Origin: Acidimicrobiales bacterium
GTDB taxonomy: Bacteria > Actinomycetota > Acidimicrobiia > Acidimicrobiales > DATDAH01
Assembly (NCBI GenBank): GCA_044221555.1
Contig: JBGAOY010000012.1
Span: 5,055-69,054, forward strand
Length of the DNA: 64,000 bases
Direction: 5' to 3'
Shown here: positions 51,364 through 60,433 of the stretch, piece after piece
Layout: each line of letters begins with the position of its first letter
Numbering within the stretch: the first letter of the stretch is position 1
The notes under the pieces: model-generated
Databases searched by the model: none
Told to the model about the DNA's origin: nothing
The model's input: the letters and a program-made list of their open reading frames with translations, nothing else
Position numbers and translations under genes: made by a program

Positions 51364-51836
51364 GCCGGCGCCGGCCCGCAGCACCTCGCCGATCGGGTCA
51401 AGCGGCCTCCGCCGTTCAACCAGGAGAGGACTGGCCGCGAGAACCCCGGGCGGTCGGTCGCAGCGAGCGATCGTGCGGCACCGACCGACCAGCGGCTCGC
51501 CCACGTCGGGCTCGTTCTTCGCGTCGTTGTTCAGTCGCGCTCGACGATCACCCGCCGGCGGACGGGCCGAGGGAAGGCGGGGCAGGCGACCGCAGCGACC
51601 GCCCGTGCGGCGCCGACGGACCCGACCCGAGTCATAGCCGCCCCGCTTCTCGCGCCGTCGGTCCAGTCGCGCCGGACGATCACCCATCGGTGGATGGACA
51701 CCGAGAGCGCCGCTGCAGGCCGAAGCAATCAGTCGAGCGGCACCGACGGGGTCCCGGCCGCCACCGTTCGAGCTCCGACGCGAGGTGATCGACCGCCGCG
51801 TCGGCCGGCGTCGGGGGGCTTGGCTATCGTGCGGGC

Positions 51837-52694
51837 GTGGCTCAGGTGTGTGGCAGTTCGCCGGGCTGGGTGTGCGAGCGGGTGTACGAGGCCACCGAGA
51901 ACGAGGCCTTGGCCGAGGCGGTGTCGTGGCTGGTGAACCGGCCGCTGAAGATCATCGGCATCATGGCGCTGGCCTGGATCGCCACCCGCTTGGCCAAGCG
52001 CATCGTCGATCGCATCGTCGACGGCCTCGACCCCACCACACCGACGCTCGGGTTGACGGTCAGCCCCGAGACGAGCGTGCGGGCACAGGCGCGGGCCAAG
52101 ACGGTCTCGACCGTCCTGGGCGGGTTGGCCACCGCCACGATCTACACGATCGCGTTCCTCACGATCCTCGGCGAGTTCGACATCAGCCTCGGCCCGCTGC
52201 TGGCCGGGGCAGGGATCGTCGGCGTGGCGTTGGGCTTCGGCGCCCAGAGCATGGTGAAGGACTTCCTCGCCGGTTTCTTCATGGTGGTCGAGGACCAGTT
52301 CGGCGTGGGTGATGTGATCGACGTCGGCGATGTCACCGGCACGGTCGAGAAGCTGACCCTGCGGTCGACGCGACTGCGAGCGGCGGACGGGACCGTGTGG
52401 CACGTACCCAACGGCGTGATCCTGCGGGTCGGCAATCAGTCGCAACGACCGCGGTCGGCCTCGTACTCGTCGGCCGTGGGCTCGTCGGCAGCTGATCCGC
52501 CAGGCGCTGATCCGCCCGACGCTGATCCGCTCGACGCTGAGGCGCCAGACGCTGATCCGGCGGCTGACTCGTCGGTGGCTGGCTCGTCGGCGCCCGACCC
52601 GTCGGGGGCCCCCCCGCCCGCCACCGGTCCGCCGCCGGGCCGGCGGGGTGTCGACCGGACCATCCAGGACGGCCCGACGGAGGAGCGACCATGA
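51837..52694 (+). CDS. MscS-family mechanosensitive channel lacking the usual C-terminal domain, with a repetitive acidic tail
   Basis: [47 protein letters not shown]...VPNG (pore helix plus beta domain). Similarity stops near nt 52445. Five 15-bp repeats follow (52491..52565). Confidence 0.7.
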   Translation: MAQVCGSSPGWVCERVYEATENEALAEAVSWLVNRPLKIIGIMALAWIATRLAKRIVDRIVDGLDPTTPTLGLTVSPETSVRAQARAKTVSTVLGGLATATIYTIAFLTILGEFDISLGPLLAGAGIVGVALGFGAQSMVKDFLAGFFMVVEDQFGVGDVIDVGDVTGTVEKLTLRSTRLRAADGTVWHVPNGVILRVGNQSQRPRSASYSSAVGSSAADPPGADPPDADPLDAEAPDADPAADSSVAGSSAPDPSGAPPPATGPPPGRRGVDRTIQDGPTEERP

Positions 52695-54025
52695 GCGTCC
52701 CGTTCTTCACGACCGTGCCCGAGCCGGTTCGCCCGGCGGGCAACGAGCCCGCCGACGGGCTCGCCTACCAGGTGTACGACCCCGATCTGGTGGTGGGCGA
52801 CAAGCGCATGGAGGACCACCTGCGCATCGCGGTCTGCTACTGGCACAGCTTCTGCGCGCCGGGCGACGACGTGTTCGGGTCGGGCGCCTGGGACCGGCCC
52901 TGGCTCGAGCCCGGCGCCGATCCGATGGCGGCGGCGAGGGCCAAGCTGGACGCGGCCTTCGAGCTGTTCACCAAGCTCGGCACCCCGTTCTTCTGCTTCC
53001 ACGACCTCGACCTGGCGCCGGCCGGCGAGTCCCTACGCGAGTCGCGCACCAACCTGGATGCGATGGCCGATCAGGCCGCAGCCCAGATGGAGGCCACGGG
53101 GGTGCGGCTGCTGTGGGGCACGGCCAACCTGTTCGGCCACCCCCGTTACGCCGCGGGCGCCGCCACCAACCCCGACCCCGAGGTGTTCGCGCACGCGGCG
53201 GCCCAGGTGCGCGATGCGCTCGACGTCACCCACCGGCTCGGTGGTGAGAACTACGTGCTGTGGGGCGGCCGGGAGGGGTACGACACGCTGCTCAACACCG
53301 ACCTCCGCCGCGAGGCCGACCAACTCGGGCGGTTCCTCGAACTGGTGGCCGACCACAAGCGGGCCATCGGGTTCACGGGGACACTGCTCATCGAGCCCAA
53401 GCCCCACGAGCCCACCAAGCACCAGTACGACCACGACGCCGCGGCGGTCCACGGCTTCCTCGAGCGCTACGGGCTGGCCGACGAGTACCGGCTGAACATC
53501 GAGGCCAACCACGCCACCCTGTCCGGCCACTCGTTCCACCACGAGGTGGCGTACGCCGTGGCGAACGGGATGCTCGGCAGCATCGACGCCAACCGGGGCG
53601 ACCCGCAGAACGGCTGGGACACCGACCAGTTCCCCAACTCGGTCGAGGACCTGGCGCCGGCCCTGTACGAGATCCTCCGGGCCGGGGGCCTCGGCGCCGG
53701 TGGGTTCAACTTCGACGCCAAGCTCCGCCGCCAGAGCCTCGACCGTGACGACCTGATCCACGCGCACGTCGGCGGCATCGACACGTTGGCCCGAGCGCTC
53801 CTGGTGGCCCAGGCGCTGCTGGACGACGGCACCCTCGACGCCGCCCGCGCCGAGCGGTATGCGGGGTGGGAGGGCGACCTGGGCCGCCAGATCTTCGACC
53901 CGGGCACCCACCTGGCCGGCCTGGCCGATCAGGCTGTCGCCGCCGACCTCCACCCGCAGCCGGTCTCCGGCGGGCAGGAGCGGCTGGAGAACGAGGTCGG
54001 CCGGGTGCTCTGGGAGACGCGCTGA
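52691..54025 (+). CDS. xylA: xylose isomerase (long, class II-like)
   Basis: [26 protein letters not shown] and [17 protein letters not shown]. Confidence 0.9.
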   Translation: MSVPFFTTVPEPVRPAGNEPADGLAYQVYDPDLVVGDKRMEDHLRIAVCYWHSFCAPGDDVFGSGAWDRPWLEPGADPMAAARAKLDAAFELFTKLGTPFFCFHDLDLAPAGESLRESRTNLDAMADQAAAQMEATGVRLLWGTANLFGHPRYAAGAATNPDPEVFAHAAAQVRDALDVTHRLGGENYVLWGGREGYDTLLNTDLRREADQLGRFLELVADHKRAIGFTGTLLIEPKPHEPTKHQYDHDAAAVHGFLERYGLADEYRLNIEANHATLSGHSFHHEVAYAVANGMLGSIDANRGDPQNGWDTDQFPNSVEDLAPALYEILRAGGLGAGGFNFDAKLRRQSLDRDDLIHAHVGGIDTLARALLVAQALLDDGTLDAARAERYAGWEGDLGRQIFDPGTHLAGLADQAVAADLHPQPVSGGQERLENEVGRVLWETR

Positions 54026-54027
54026 TC

Positions 54028-55968
54028 GTGTTCGAGCCGGATGCAGGCGTGCGGGCCAAGGTCGACGCCCTCCACGACGACGACCTGCTGGCGCTGTGCT
54101 CGGGGGACGGCCCGGCCCTGAAGGGCAACCTGGCCATGGCCAAGCGCTACAACGCCGTGCCGATCGAGGCCGGACGCATCGACGAGCGGGGCATCGAGGG
54201 CATCCGGTTCACCGACGGCCCTCGCGGCGTGGTGATGGGGGAGTGCACGGCGTTCCCGGTGTCGATGGCGCGGGGCGCCGCGTTCGATCCCGACCTGGAG
54301 GAGCGCATCGGCGACGCCATCGGGGTCGAGGCCCGCACGCTCGGGGCCAACTTCTTCGGGGGCGTGTGCATCAACCTGCTGCGCCATCCGGCGTGGGGAC
54401 GGGCGCAGGAGACCTACGGAGAGGACAGCCATCTCCTCGGCGAGTTGGGCGCCGCGCTGGTGCGGGGCAGCCAGCGCCACGTGATGGCCTGCATCAAGCA
54501 CTATGCGTGCAACTCGATGGAGAACTCGCGGTTCTGGGTGGACGTCCGCATCGACGAGGCCGACCTGCGCGACCTCTACCTGCCCCACTTCAAGCGCTGC
54601 GTCGACGAGGGCGCATCGTCGGTGATGTCGGCCTACAACAAGGTCAACGGGGTCTGGTGCGGCGGCAACCGGCACCTGCTCACCGAGATCCTGAAGGACG
54701 AGTGGGGGTTCGACGGCTTCGTCGTGTCGGACTTCACCTTCGGCGTGCGGGGCGGCGCGGTCGACTGCTTCGAGGCCGGCCTCGACGTCGAGATGCCGTT
54801 CCACTGGCGCTTCAAGCGACTCGCCCGGGCCTTGTCGGGCGGGCGCCTCGACCGGGCCCGCGTGGTCGATGCCGCCGCTCGCCTTCTGCACCAACAGGAG
54901 CGGCAGGCCCGGCGGGGCGAGCCCGACCGCTACCGGCCCGACGCCATCGCCTCGCCCGAGCACCGGGAGCTGGCGTACCGCGCCGCGGTCGACGGCACGG
55001 TCCTGCTCGAGAACGACGGCGTGCTGCCCCTCGACCCGGCCACGGTGCGCTCGGTGGCGGTGATCGGCAAGCTCGCGGCCATCGCCAACACCGGCGACTT
55101 CGGGTCCAGTCGGGTCCGGGCACCGGAAGTCTCCACCCTGCTCGACGGCCTGTCGGCCGCCGGCGAGCGCCACGGCGTCCGCGTCGAGCACCACGACGGC
55201 GCCGACCCGATCGCGGCCGCCGAGCGGGCAGGGCGGTGCGACGTGGCCATCGTGGCGGTGGGCAACACCCACCACGACGAGGGCGAGTGGATCGGCACCA
55301 CCGGCGGCGACCGCAAGAGCCTGCGCCTGCGGGTGCAGGACGAGGACCTGATCGGGCTGGTGGCCCGGGCCAACGCCCGCACCGCGGTGGTGCTGTACGG
55401 GGGGAGCGCGTTCGTCACCGAGCCGTGGCGGAGCATGGTCGCGGCGATCGCCATGGCGTGGTACCCGGGGATGGAGGGGGGCCGCGCCGTCGCCGACGTG
55501 CTGTTCGGCGACGAGGTGCCGGGCGGCCGGCTGCCGTGCACGTGGCCCGCGTCCGCACGCGACCTGCCGCGGTTCAAGCGGTTCGCCCGCTCGGCCGTCT
55601 ACGGGCCGCTCCACGGCTACCGCAAGCTCGAGGCCGACGGCACGGCGGCGGCGTTCCCCTTCGGCTTCGGCCTCGGGTACACGACGATCGAGTGGGGCGC
55701 ACCCACAGTCACGGGCGGCGAGGTGCGCGTGGTGCTCACCAACTCGGGCGAGCGTCCGGGCGTCGAGGTGGTGCAGCTCTACCGATCCGAGTCGCTCGGC
55801 ACCGAGCCGCGGAAGCTACGCACCCTGCGGGCCTTCCAGAAGGTGCGCCTCCGACCGGGCGTGTCGACGACGGTCACCCTGGCAGTGCCCGACGACGCCG
55901 AGGCGGCCGATCTGTGGGTGGGCCCGAGCTCCGACCCGCACGACCTGGTGTGCCTGGCCGACACCTGA
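54028..55968 (+). CDS. glycoside hydrolase family 3 (beta-glucosidase/beta-xylosidase)
   Basis: Track ORF 53866..55968 trimmed to GTG 54028, just after the xylA stop. KHYACNS, GFVVSDF (nucleophile Asp region) and YPGMEGG. Confidence 0.85.
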   Translation: MFEPDAGVRAKVDALHDDDLLALCSGDGPALKGNLAMAKRYNAVPIEAGRIDERGIEGIRFTDGPRGVVMGECTAFPVSMARGAAFDPDLEERIGDAIGVEARTLGANFFGGVCINLLRHPAWGRAQETYGEDSHLLGELGAALVRGSQRHVMACIKHYACNSMENSRFWVDVRIDEADLRDLYLPHFKRCVDEGASSVMSAYNKVNGVWCGGNRHLLTEILKDEWGFDGFVVSDFTFGVRGGAVDCFEAGLDVEMPFHWRFKRLARALSGGRLDRARVVDAAARLLHQQERQARRGEPDRYRPDAIASPEHRELAYRAAVDGTVLLENDGVLPLDPATVRSVAVIGKLAAIANTGDFGSSRVRAPEVSTLLDGLSAAGERHGVRVEHHDGADPIAAAERAGRCDVAIVAVGNTHHDEGEWIGTTGGDRKSLRLRVQDEDLIGLVARANARTAVVLYGGSAFVTEPWRSMVAAIAMAWYPGMEGGRAVADVLFGDEVPGGRLPCTWPASARDLPRFKRFARSAVYGPLHGYRKLEADGTAAAFPFGFGLGYTTIEWGAPTVTGGEVRVVLTNSGERPGVEVVQLYRSESLGTEPRKLRTLRAFQKVRLRPGVSTTVTLAVPDDAEAADLWVGPSSDPHDLVCLADT

Positions 55969-55972
55969 GGTG

Positions 55973-56224
55973 TCAGGTGAAGGCGGCGAGCAGGACGGTG
56001 ATCGCGGCGAGGCCCAGGCCGGCGATGGTGAGCATGCGGTTGGTGAGGCGATCGGTCATCCGTGCTTCGACCTTGGTCAACTCGGCGGTCAGGTACTCCT
56101 GGCTCACGGGTTGCTCGACGTCACGGGCGGGGAAGTTCGAGAGCATCGCCTGAGTGGTCTCCTCGCCGAGGATCTTCACGAACTCGGTGTACATCCGGTT
56201 GCGGTGCTTCTCCGTCATGGCCAT
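55973..56224 (-). CDS. 83-aa tail-anchored hypothetical protein
   Basis: Coherent non-low-complexity sequence with a C-terminal TM (LTIAGLGLAAITVLLAAF). Locally lower GC. No motif recognised. Confidence 0.5.
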   Translation of the reverse strand: MAMTEKHRNRMYTEFVKILGEETTQAMLSNFPARDVEQPVSQEYLTAELTKVEARMTDRLTNRMLTIAGLGLAAITVLLAAFT

Positions 56225-56369
56225 TGCGGGACTCCGTGTCCGTCGGTGGGCGCCGGGGAAGCGGGCTCGATTCTACCGGCGCGGCCATCGGTGGGAAAGG
56301 GCCGATCCCGGGCATCCGGACCGCGATGGCCGTCCACCTCGTCCTCATCTGCTGACGAGGCGCCGGCGC

Positions 56370-58982
56370 TCAGTCGTCGGTGGGGGCAAGCACCACGTCG
56401 ACGGTGAAGTCGTCGGCGGTCGCGGCCGTCTCGGTGGTGAGGGTGGCCACGCAGCCGGCCTCGGCCACGTCGGCGGCGGCGGGGGCGAGCATCGCCAGGC
56501 GCTCGGCGGTGTCGTGGACCACGACGGACTCGACGTCGGCCCGCAGGCTGACGCCGGCCTCCGTCTTGGCCTTGCGGATCTCGCCCAGGGCGAGGGCGGC
56601 GACCTCGTAGACGCCCGTGTCGGCGTTGGTGGCGCCGGCGGGGAACTCGCCGGCAGTCGGCCAGGCGGCCCGGTGGACCGACCCGTCGCGCCACCACGAC
56701 CACACCTCTTCGGTGACGAAGGGCAGGAACGGGGCGAACAGGCGCAGGAGGGTCGACAGGGCGATGTGGAGCGCGCCGCGGGCCGACGCCGCGGCGTCGG
56801 CGCCGTGGGCGCCGTAGGCGCGACCCTTGACCAATTCGAGGTAGTCGTCGCAGAACGCCCAGAAGAAGCTCTCGGTGCGTTCGAGGGCGCGGGCGTAGTC
56901 GTAGCCGTCGAAGGCCCTGGTGGCCTCGTCGACCAGCGCGGCCAGACGGCCGAGCATGGCCAGGTCGAGGGCCTCGGTGATCGCGGCGTCGGCGGAGTCG
57001 GCGACCGACGGCACGGCGTCGGCGGCCTCGGCCTGCTCCTGGCCCGGGCGGGGGGTGCCGAGGCCCAGCGCGAACCGGCTGGCGTTGAGCAGCTTGATGG
57101 CCAGGCGCCGCCCCACCTTCATCTGCCCCTCGTCGAACGCGGTGTCGGTGCCCGGCCGGCCGTTGGCCGCCCAGTAGCGGACCGCGTCGCTGCCGAAGCG
57201 CTCGAGGTTGGCCATGGGGGTGACCACGTTGCCCTTGGACTTCGACATCTTCTTGCGGTCGGGGTCGAGGATCCACCCCGACAGCGCGGCGTGCTTCCAG
57301 GGCGCGGTGTCGAACTCGAAGTGCGAGCGCACCATGGTGGAGAACAGCCACGTGCGGATGATGTCGTGGGCCTGGGGGCGCAGGTCCATGGGGAACGTCC
57401 GCTGGAACAGGTCGTCGTCCTCCTCCCAGCCGCACACGATCTGCGGGGTCAGCGACGACGTGGCCCAGGTGTCCATCACGTCGGGGTCGGCCGCGAAGCC
57501 GCCCGGCTGGTCGCGCTGGTCCTCGGTGTAGCCGGGGGCGGTCTCGACCAGGGGGTCGACGGGGAGCGCGTCCTCGCTGGGCGTGATGATGCGGTCGTAC
57601 CGGGTGTCGCCCTGCTCGTCGACCTCGTACCAGACGGGGATGGGCGGGCCGAGGAAGCGCTGCCGGCTGATGAGCCAGTCGCCGTTGAGGCCCTCGACCC
57701 AGCTCTCGTAGCGGGCCTGCATGTAGCCCGGGTGCCAGGCCAGCTCGTGGCCCCGCGCCACCAGGGCGTCGCGCAGCTCGGGCTCGCGGCCGCCGTTGCG
57801 GATGTACCACTGGCGGGTGGTGACGATCTCGAGCGGGCGGTCACCCTTCTCGAAGAACTTCACCGCGTGGGTGACGGGGCGGGGCTCGCCGTGCAGGTCG
57901 CCCGACTCGCCCAGCAGCTCGACGATGCGGGCCTGGGCCTGGTTGATGGTCTTGCCCGCCAGTTCGGCGTAGGCGGCTCGGCCCGCGTCGGAGTCGATCC
58001 CCGGTGGCGCCTCGGCGTAGAGGCGCCCGTTGCGGTCGACGATGGCCCGGACCGGCAGGTCGAGCTCGCGCCACCAGATCACGTCGGTGAGGTCGCCGAA
58101 CGTGCAGATCATGGCGATGCCGGAGCCCTTGTCGGGTTCGGCCAGCTCGTGGGCCCGCACGGGCACGGGCACCTCGAAGAGGGGTGTGGTGACCACCGTG
58201 TCGAACAGCGGCTGGTAGCGGGCGTCGTCGGGGTGGGCGACGAGGGCGACGCAGGCCGGGAGGAGCTCGGGCCGGGTGGTCTCGATGAAGACGGGCTCGC
58301 CGTCGGGCCGGTGGAAGGCGATGCGGTGGTAGGCGCCCTGGCGCTCGCGGTCCTCGAGCTCGGCCTGGGCCACGGCGGTGTGGAAGCTGATGTCCCACAG
58401 GCAGGGCGCCTCGGCGGTGTAGGCCTCGCCGCGGGCCAGGTTGCGCAGGAAGGCGCGCTGGCTGACCCGCCGGCTGCGCTCGTCGATGGTGGCGTAGGTG
58501 TTGGTCCAGTCGACCGACAGGCCGAGGTGGGTCCAGAGCGTCTGGAAGGCCTTCTCGTCCTCGAGCACCAGTTGGTCGCACAGGTCGAGGAAGTTGCGCC
58601 GGCTGATCACCACCTGCTGCTTGGCCGGCTCGTCGGGCGGCGTGAAGTCGGGGTCGTAGGGCAGGTGGGCGTCGCCCCGGACCCCGTAGAAGTTCTGCAC
58701 CCTGCGCTCGGTGGGCAGGCCGTTGTCGTCCCAGCCCATCGGGTAGAACACCTCACGGCCCCGCATGCGCTGATAACGGGCGATCAGGTCGGTGTGGGTG
58801 TACGAGAACACGTGGCCCACGTGCAGCGAGCCGCTCACCGTCGGCGGCGGCGTGTCGATCGAGTAGATCTGGTCCCGGGACTTCGAGCGGTCGAACCGGT
58901 AGGTGCCGTCGGCCTCCCACCGGGCGGTCCACTTGTCCTCGAGGCCCTCGAGCGTGGGTTTACTGGGTGCTTCAGCAGGCAT
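56370..58982 (-). CDS. valS: valine--tRNA ligase
   Basis: HIGH-type SLHVGHVFS, KMSKSKGN, and size. ATG 58982 was chosen so as not to overlap cysS. In-frame ATGs at 59006 and 59069 also exist. Confidence 0.9.
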   Translation of the reverse strand: MPAEAPSKPTLEGLEDKWTARWEADGTYRFDRSKSRDQIYSIDTPPPTVSGSLHVGHVFSYTHTDLIARYQRMRGREVFYPMGWDDNGLPTERRVQNFYGVRGDAHLPYDPDFTPPDEPAKQQVVISRRNFLDLCDQLVLEDEKAFQTLWTHLGLSVDWTNTYATIDERSRRVSQRAFLRNLARGEAYTAEAPCLWDISFHTAVAQAELEDRERQGAYHRIAFHRPDGEPVFIETTRPELLPACVALVAHPDDARYQPLFDTVVTTPLFEVPVPVRAHELAEPDKGSGIAMICTFGDLTDVIWWRELDLPVRAIVDRNGRLYAEAPPGIDSDAGRAAYAELAGKTINQAQARIVELLGESGDLHGEPRPVTHAVKFFEKGDRPLEIVTTRQWYIRNGGREPELRDALVARGHELAWHPGYMQARYESWVEGLNGDWLISRQRFLGPPIPVWYEVDEQGDTRYDRIITPSEDALPVDPLVETAPGYTEDQRDQPGGFAADPDVMDTWATSSLTPQIVCGWEEDDDLFQRTFPMDLRPQAHDIIRTWLFSTMVRSHFEFDTAPWKHAALSGWILDPDRKKMSKSKGNVVTPMANLERFGSDAVRYWAANGRPGTDTAFDEGQMKVGRRLAIKLLNASRFALGLGTPRPGQEQAEAADAVPSVADSADAAITEALDLAMLGRLAALVDEATRAFDGYDYARALERTESFFWAFCDDYLELVKGRAYGAHGADAAASARGALHIALSTLLRLFAPFLPFVTEEVWSWWRDGSVHRAAWPTAGEFPAGATNADTGVYEVAALALGEIRKAKTEAGVSLRADVESVVVHDTAERLAMLAPAAADVAEAGCVATLTTETAATADDFTVDVVLAPTDD

Positions 58983-59004
58983 GGTGGAGCGTACGGTAGT
59001 GGTC

Positions 59005-60354
59005 ATGCTCCACCTCTTCGACACCAGTTCGGGCGCGGTCGTGCCCTTCGAGCCCAAGGAAGAGGGCAAGGTGTCGATGTACGTGTGCGGTCCGACGGTC
59101 TACGGGCCCCCGCACCTGGGCCACGGCCGCTTCTCGCTGGTGTTCGACGTGCTGCGGCGCTACCTCGAGTGGTCGGGCTTCGAGGTCACCTACGTGTCCA
59201 ACATCACCGACATCGACGACAACATCATCACCAAGGCCGCGGACGAGGGCGTCGACCCCGCCGACCTGGCCGTCCGCTGCGAGAAGCTCTGGTACGAGGC
59301 CATGGACGCCATCGGTGTCGAGCGCCCCACCCGGGACCCGCACGCCACCGCCTACGTCGAGCGCATGGTCGAGTTCATCAGCGGTCTGATCGAGCGGGGC
59401 AGCGCCTACGAGACCGCCGACGGCGTGTACTTCTCGGTCGAGGGCGTCGACGACTACGGCCTGCTGGCCCGCCAGAGCGTGGAGAGCCTGCGCTCGGGGG
59501 CCCGGGTCGACGTGGGCGAGGACAAGCGCTCGCCGCTCGACTTCGTCCTGTGGAAGAAGGCCAAGCCGGGCGAGCCCACCTGGCCGTCGCCCTGGGGTCC
59601 CGGCCGGCCGGGCTGGCACACCGAGTGCGTGGTGATGTCGCTCGACCTGCTGGGCGACGGCTTCGACATCCACGGCGGCGGCCAGGACCTGGCCTTCCCC
59701 CACCACGAGAACGAGCGCGCCCAGGCGGTCGCCGCGGGCCGCACGTCGGCCAGGGTGTGGGTGCACAACGGCTTCGTCGAGGTGGGCGGCGAGAAGATGT
59801 CCAAGTCCCTCGGCAACTTCACCACGCTGCTCGACATGGTCGAGTCCGACGACCCCCGGGCCTACCGATTGCTGGTGCTCCGGGCGCACTACCGGTCGCC
59901 GGTCGAGGTCACCCGCGAGTCCACCGCCGACGCCGCCGCGTCGCTGAAGCGGCTCGACAACGTGGCTCGGCGCACCGCGGGGCTCACCCCTCGCCCGGCC
60001 GACGACGAGGTGCTCGACGAGTTCCGGGCCCTCATGGACGACGACCTCAACACCCCCGGCGCCTTCCGCCTGCTGTTCGACCAGATCCGTTCGGCCAACA
60101 CCGCCCTCGACGAGGGACGCGACTACGACGCCGCGGTGGCGTGGGCCAACATCGCCGAGATCTGCACCGCGGTGGGCCTCCAGCCCATCACCCAGGACGA
60201 CGGACTCCCCGATGACATCGTGGCCAAGGCGACGGCCCGGGACGAGGCGAGAGCGGCCAAGGACTGGCCCGAGGCCGACCGTCTGCGAGCCGAGATCGAG
60301 GCGGCGGGCTTCACCGTGGAGGACACCCCCGACGGCACCGTCGTCCGCCGCTGA
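59005..60354 (+). CDS. cysS: cysteine--tRNA ligase
   Basis: MLHLFDTSSGAVVPF aligns with canonical CysS N-termini. HLGH and KMSKSLGN motifs. Confidence 0.9.
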   Translation: MLHLFDTSSGAVVPFEPKEEGKVSMYVCGPTVYGPPHLGHGRFSLVFDVLRRYLEWSGFEVTYVSNITDIDDNIITKAADEGVDPADLAVRCEKLWYEAMDAIGVERPTRDPHATAYVERMVEFISGLIERGSAYETADGVYFSVEGVDDYGLLARQSVESLRSGARVDVGEDKRSPLDFVLWKKAKPGEPTWPSPWGPGRPGWHTECVVMSLDLLGDGFDIHGGGQDLAFPHHENERAQAVAAGRTSARVWVHNGFVEVGGEKMSKSLGNFTTLLDMVESDDPRAYRLLVLRAHYRSPVEVTRESTADAAASLKRLDNVARRTAGLTPRPADDEVLDEFRALMDDDLNTPGAFRLLFDQIRSANTALDEGRDYDAAVAWANIAEICTAVGLQPITQDDGLPDDIVAKATARDEARAAKDWPEADRLRAEIEAAGFTVEDTPDGTVVRR

Positions 60355-60400
60355 CCGGCAGCCGCATGAGCTGCTCCCGGACCCACCTCACGCCGCAGGC

Positions 60401-60431
60401 CGGAGCCGCTGACCGATGGTCAGCGGCTCCG
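60401..60431. terminator. 14-bp perfect stem, 3-nt loop hairpin between convergent genes (bidirectional terminator candidate)
   Basis: CGGAGCCGCTGACC gat GGTCAGCGGCTCCG, lying between the cysS stop (60354) and the stop of the minus-strand gene (60434). Confidence 0.55.
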
Positions 60432-60433
60432 CC

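Noticed and set aside
48985-51687. 900-aa minus-strand ORF across the mod regulator upstream region and the HNH gene.
   Set aside because: Its composition is that of a shadow ORF. The plus-strand DUF222/HNH translation is coherent and motif-bearing.
51364-51836. Searched the gene-poor stretch after the HNH gene for a tRNA, integrase remnant or attachment site.
   Set aside because: I could see no cloverleaf-compatible sequence and no recognisable integrase or transposase fragments in any frame. Only the 34-bp direct repeat was found, and it is reported separately.
56154-60215. 1353-aa plus-strand ORF opposite valS and running into cysS.
   Set aside because: It is a shadow ORF. The minus-strand frame carries the HIGH and KMSKS motifs of ValS, and the cysS frame carries HLGH and KMSKS. 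This translation is featureless and Arg/Gly-rich.
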